Of a DNA stretch of 54,491 nucleotides, positions 50,608-54,491 are shown in pieces. The notes beneath the pieces are model-generated. The model was not told where the DNA came from. It made no database searches and saw nothing but the letters and a program-made list of their open reading frames with translations. Origin of the DNA: Eubacteriales bacterium (GTDB lineage Bacteria > Bacillota > Clostridia > Oscillospirales > CAG-272); contig JAZODH010000075.1 in the NCBI GenBank assembly GCA_045596925.1, positions 1 to 54,491 on the forward strand, read 5' to 3'. The position numbers were made by a program, and so were the translations under genes. Numbering within the stretch: position 1 is the first letter of the stretch; every line of letters starts with the position of its first letter.

Positions 50608-50838
50608 TTATGCCGCAGAGTGGGCGTGTGTGTTTCGGCGGAGCAATTCCGACGTGGCGGACATCAAGTCGCCGTTGCCTGAACGGTAGATGACCTTTTT
50701 GAATTTGTCGTTCGGTGCTACTTTCGTGAATATTTCATTGATCTTGTTCATAAAATTGGGCGCTTCGGTGTCCTCTTTGTTGCACCAAAACTGCACGACC
50801 TTGATTTCATCGTTTATTGTTATTCTGATATTTCTCAC
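50608..50838 (-). CDS. Small hypothetical protein upstream of the recombinase
   Basis: AAGGAG RBS, GTG start, 76 aa, hairpin downstream. Confidence 0.7.
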   Translation of the reverse strand: MRNIRITINDEIKVVQFWCNKEDTEAPNFMNKINEIFTKVAPNDKFKKVIYRSGNGDLMSATSELLRRNTHAHSAA

Positions 50839-50991
50839 TCCTTTCTTCTTAATTATTTGGTTAATAAAATTTGTTTTATTCGCTTTGGAAAAGCGTTTGA
50901 GTACCGTATTGTTTTTTAAAAAATCGTATCCTTAACTCCTGTTTTGTGTGTTTCTATTAACAGTATGTTGGATAATCTGTATTCTCAATTT

Positions 50992-51942
50992 TTAAGTTAG
51001 CAAATAGCTCGCCACAGTCACGTCGCAACGAAAATGTGCGAGATGAAAGACACTGACCGCCATAAGGCAAAGCTTATTATATTTAGTCGGCAAGCCCCTT
51101 GATTTTGCCAATTTTCTGTTCTCGCCACGCAAGTGATAGTTGCCTTGTATTAGATGCTCCTTGAACAGTGCCGGCTTACCGGTTTTCTTGTTTATTTTTG
51201 TTGTTTCGTATCGTAGCCGAACCTCTTGTTCCAGTTGTTCCCTACCTTCCTTTGTTTGACACAGGAACGCATAATAGTCATATGCCCTTTGCGCTTGCAA
51301 AGCGCGAAGATGATGGTAGTCTATCTTATTTTTAAATTCCTCGGGTGAAAAAATCAGCTCGTCGGGACCTTTGTCGCGGAAATAGGATTTTACGAATTCC
51401 ACGTCCTCAGGCAATAATCTCTGTTCCTGTCGGCGTCCTCCTTTTCCTTTTTCAACTATTACTACGGGGGACCCACTCCCGTCGTAGCCAAAGTCTCGGC
51501 CCTTCAATCGTTTAAGCTCTGCCCGTCTGATTCCGACGCACATCTGGAACCCCACCGTTCTTGCGTACTTAGGATTAGAAATATCATTATCGCTGTGTTG
51601 AGCCTTGCCGTTATCACCGCGACTGCGCTTGTACTGTGCGGTGACGCGCTTCGGCTTCTTTATCCCATCCAGTGGGACGCTATGAAACAGTCCCACCGGA
51701 GCGAGGTATGAATGTACGGTCGATGCGGACAAGCCTCGGCCTACCAGGTGGTCAGCATATTCCTGGATATGCCGACCACATTCGTCTTTGGTTCTGCAAT
51801 CGAACTCCGATCTGCAGAAATCTATGAACCGTTTATAATTGGAAACGAATGCTCGGCGAGTGACGTTATTGTCGTATTTATCGAAGAACCTGCGTGCATC
51901 GTCGAGCATCTGACGGGTAACCGTCTTTTTTCTTTGCTTCAT
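50992..51942 (-). CDS. Tyrosine recombinase / integrase-family protein
   Basis: STVHSYL, GIRRAEL (R), KGKGG (K), HHLR (HxxR), LAH and C-terminal Y; AAGGAG RBS before ATG 51942. Confidence 0.88.
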   Translation of the reverse strand: MKQRKKTVTRQMLDDARRFFDKYDNNVTRRAFVSNYKRFIDFCRSEFDCRTKDECGRHIQEYADHLVGRGLSASTVHSYLAPVGLFHSVPLDGIKKPKRVTAQYKRSRGDNGKAQHSDNDISNPKYARTVGFQMCVGIRRAELKRLKGRDFGYDGSGSPVVIVEKGKGGRRQEQRLLPEDVEFVKSYFRDKGPDELIFSPEEFKNKIDYHHLRALQAQRAYDYYAFLCQTKEGREQLEQEVRLRYETTKINKKTGKPALFKEHLIQGNYHLRGENRKLAKSRGLPTKYNKLCLMAVSVFHLAHFRCDVTVASYLLT

Positions 51943-51962
51943 ATCTGTCAACTCCTTTCGAT

Positions 51963-52009
51963 AGGAGTATGAAAGATATAAAAAATAAAAAACGGCTTTT
52001 GAATGAGTA
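51963..52009. repeat. Outer inverted repeat, left copy
   Basis: 39 of 47 nt identical, ungapped, to the reverse complement of 53965-54011. Confidence 0.85.
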
Positions 52010-52118
52010 TTTTTTGGCATTTTTAAGGTAACGAGGATTTCCGGTAAAATTACACTTCGATTTCTTCTCTTTATGTGAATGAAAAATGACCTCCGTCAAT
52101 GGCAGAGGTCGGTTTTGC

Positions 52119-52547
52119 TTATTGGGTTTTCGGTTTCTTGATCTTAAGTTTCAGCTCCGGCGGAATTTGAATGGTGTACAACGTATAGAAATCCGTGTTG
52201 TTCTTTATGTTCATAGCCAAAACCACAAAATCGTCCAGAGTATTTTTGGGACCGAAACGATGATCCGCCCAAAATCCGAAGCGTGTTCTTTGGTCTGCGC
52301 TGAAATCAAAGAACATACTGCCCAGATAATTCATCTTGGACAGAAATTTCGGTTGGCCTCGGCTGTTGAAGATGGCCTCTGACAGTCGGAAGCTGTTGCA
52401 GACCACCTTTTGAATTTCAAATTCTTGCGGGGGTATTCCCTTGTCCTTCGTCAGCCTGTCCAGTTCTTTTTGGGTGATCGGAAACGGTATCCAGACCCCC
52501 TTGGATTTTTCCTCTTTTGCAATTAAGATCTTGATTTGTTGCTTCAT
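52119..52547 (-). CDS. Hypothetical protein with ArdA N-terminal-like pattern
   Basis: GGAGG RBS; GVWIPFP...EL...GI...MNYL pattern; own terminator hairpin at about 52083-52115. Confidence 0.6.
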   Translation of the reverse strand: MKQQIKILIAKEEKSKGVWIPFPITQKELDRLTKDKGIPPQEFEIQKVVCNSFRLSEAIFNSRGQPKFLSKMNYLGSMFFDFSADQRTRFGFWADHRFGPKNTLDDFVVLAMNIKNNTDFYTLYTIQIPPELKLKIKKPKTQ

Positions 52548-52608
52548 TTTTTCCTCCGTGAATTTTATTTGTTAAACATCACGCTCCTGCTGTGTTTAAC
52601 CTTCAACA

Positions 52609-52628
52609 TAAATATGTCAGAAAACGGA
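52609..52628. repeat. Inner inverted repeat, left copy
   Basis: TAAATATGTCAGAAAACGGA, exact reverse complement of 53082-53101. Confidence 0.92.
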
Positions 52629-52733
52629 ACCCGTTAATTTTATATTCTTACGTTTTCTTTCATACTGTTTTTAGACGGAAAACACTTGTTGGAGTACAAG
52701 ATCATTTCCGAACAAAATTTTGGAGGAGTACCA

Positions 52734-53030
52734 ATGAAAAACAACAAATATTTCGAATTAAAATGCACTATCGATCACGGTGAACAGCTGTCAATACGCA
52801 TCCCCGACTCTTGTCGAGAAAATTTCCATTACACGATTTCCGGCAGAGACGAAAGCGCAATGGCATGTTTGACCGAGCTGTTTGGCGAATATGCCAAGCT
52901 GGACACAGTCAAACGCAAGACGTTTCAGGCATTGATTGACGAGCGTGCAGACCAGGTATCCACGTTGGACGATCTGCTGGTGTTGCTCAAGGTAGTGCGT
53001 CTTTGTGACGTATACGTACCAAAGAGATGA
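52734..53030 (+). CDS. Hypothetical protein, weak ArdA-like pattern
   Basis: GGAGGAG RBS; KLD...TFQALI...TLDDLL; terminator at about 53036-53064. Confidence 0.6.
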   Translation: MKNNKYFELKCTIDHGEQLSIRIPDSCRENFHYTISGRDESAMACLTELFGEYAKLDTVKRKTFQALIDERADQVSTLDDLLVLLKVVRLCDVYVPKR

Positions 53031-53081
53031 TCGGGAAAGGGCGAGATAAAAATCTCGCCCTTTTGTTACTTTTTATGAGTC

Positions 53082-53101
53082 TCCGTTTTCTGACATATTT
53101 A
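53082..53101. repeat. Inner inverted repeat, right copy
   Basis: TCCGTTTTCTGACATATTTA. Confidence 0.92.
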
Positions 53102-53162
53102 AGGCAAGATGGAATACAAGTTTTGAGTAATTCATCAAAAACATAAAATGGAGGACAGACAA

Positions 53163-53660
53163 ATGTCAAAAACCAAAAGGCAAAAGCAAGAACCGGTGTA
53201 CATGCAGATTGAAAAGTTTGCAAACGAGAAACCGCTGTTTCTGCGGGTTCCAAATCATTTCCAAACGATAATGGACAGATTGATACAGCAAGATGACATA
53301 AAGGATTACCGCAATTCAAAAATCGTTCTGAAGATTTTTTGCGAGGAATTTACAAAACTGAATACAGAGGAACGAGATAAGGTAAAAACGTTGATCAACT
53401 GCAAGATCGCTCCGGCGGAAACTTTTTTCGATCTTATCACGATTATGCAGCAAAGAGACCGCTACTATATTCTTGATGGGGTCGACACGAACCAAAAACT
53501 CGGAGAATTCCATATCTTCGCGGCCAGAAATCAGGCGATGGATAATTGGGCGGCCAAAGAAGACTACGCAAATTCCAAGCTGGTCGGTAAAAAAATCAAA
53601 AATGCTGAGAAAGGCGTGTTTTATCAGAACAGTTACGTAGGAAAATATGGTTGTTTTTGA
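53163..53660 (+). CDS. Hypothetical protein with ArdA C-terminal-like pattern
   Basis: GGAGG RBS; DLI...YYILDGV...LGEF...DY...G...EKGVF...YV; terminator at about 53670-53700. Confidence 0.65.
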   Translation: MSKTKRQKQEPVYMQIEKFANEKPLFLRVPNHFQTIMDRLIQQDDIKDYRNSKIVLKIFCEEFTKLNTEERDKVKTLINCKIAPAETFFDLITIMQQRDRYYILDGVDTNQKLGEFHIFAARNQAMDNWAAKEDYANSKLVGKKIKNAEKGVFYQNSYVGKYGCF

Positions 53661-53964
53661 ATGAAAAGAAGCGGCGAGATCTTATGATCTCGCCGTTTTT
53701 CCGTAACATTTTGAATGTAAAAATCTTTACAAGCCTTGAAAATAAAGGATTCTTACATTGCACAAGCACGTCCAGCTTTGATTTTGGTTTTGAAAGAGAA
53801 ATTGGCATTGGAGGTAGGATTGTTGACGTTTGGTTTGGCTTTATTTGAATATTTATTTTGCATGATTGATTGAAAAACATTAAAAGAGATTCGACCTTGT
53901 TAGAAAGGGAAATAAAAAATCAACTATGAAGTGTCTGTTTTAGGAGAATGTTTTTTATAAAAAT

Positions 53965-54011
53965 TACTTATTCAAAAGCAACTTTTTATTTTTGCTTTCT
54001 ATCATACTCCT
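53965..54011. repeat. Outer inverted repeat, right copy
   Basis: TACTTATTCAAAAGCAACTTTTTATTTTTGCTTTCTATCATACTCCT. Confidence 0.85.
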
Positions 54012-54065
54012 TTTCGCAGGGCAGGGGAACTGTTGTGATCAAATCATTATAAAGGAGTATAGAAA

Positions 54066-54491
54066 ATGGCAAATTACACACGCGCTATCAAAACCGACGT
54101 CTGGATCAATAAGGATTTCAGGAAAATGACACCTCAAGAGAAAATCTTCTGGTTTTACCTACACACAGGCTATCATTCCTCCGAGACGGCACTATATGCG
54201 TGTCCAGTTGAAGACATCGCATTGTTTTGCGGCATTTCAAAGAAGAAAGCCAAAGAGATGATCGATAAATTCTGTGAGCAGGGAAGTATCTCATACGATT
54301 TTATGACGGACGAGCTTCTTGTCAAGGATTACTTTGATTATCACCCGCCCATCGGCGGCCTGTACTACAGAATGTACTCAAACGATCTTGCGAAAATCAA
54401 ATCTCAACTACTGATCGACGAGCTGGTGGAGATGTCAAAGAAGTACAAGATTTCACTTGCATTCTTTGCCGCTCTCCGTGACCTCCGTCCC
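54066..54491 (+). CDS. Phage-type replication initiator N-terminal domain, truncated by window edge
   Basis: Not in the ORF track. AAGGAG RBS; MANYTRAIKTDVW...MTPQEKIFWFYLHT...IALFCG...ISYD...ELLVKDY, open to the window end. Confidence 0.65.
   Translation, partial: MANYTRAIKTDVWINKDFRKMTPQEKIFWFYLHTGYHSSETALYACPVEDIALFCGISKKKAKEMIDKFCEQGSISYDFMTDELLVKDYFDYHPPIGGLYYRMYSNDLAKIKSQLLIDELVEMSKKYKISLAFFAALRDLRP

Larger units (their letters stand above)
48723..54491. mobile_element. One end of an integrative element inserted in spoVT, extending beyond the window
   Basis: Junction within spoVT, serine and tyrosine recombinases, ArdA-like and replication genes, visibly AT-richer composition. Confidence 0.88.

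Noticed and set aside
53651-53960. Short ORFs in the AT-rich spacer (53596-53880, 53651-53848)
   Set aside because: They overlap a terminator, and lack a convincing RBS and protein-like composition.

Overview
Chromosomal segment of a spore-forming Clostridia-type Firmicute (abrB, sleC, spoVD-like PBP and spoVT remnant present). Most of it is core genome: ychF, an OmpR-type regulator with htrA, rnj, a PrsA-like foldase, lepA-hemW, a probable 6S RNA, pncB, a dcw cluster (mraZ to ftsZ, without murD or ftsA), manA, an LTA-synthase family gene, ligA, rsmI and asd. There are four accessory features. (1) A decayed sugar-utilisation locus at 3.6-6.0 kb carries two deletions and an in-frame TAG. (2) The SleC spore-cortex hydrolase is split, with its pro-domain-like region fused to the upstream amidase. 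(3) Small dispersed REP/MITE-like repeats occur in several intergenic regions. (4) Most notably, from about 48.72 kb to the window end an AT-richer integrative element sits inside the forespore regulator gene spoVT. Its large serine recombinase has no stop codon of its own and reads in frame through the junction into the last 155 codons of SpoVT. The element also carries a small candidate directionality factor, a tyrosine recombinase, nested inverted repeats, three ArdA-like ORFs and a phage-type replication initiator. Protein calls come from motif recognition only; no database searches were run.
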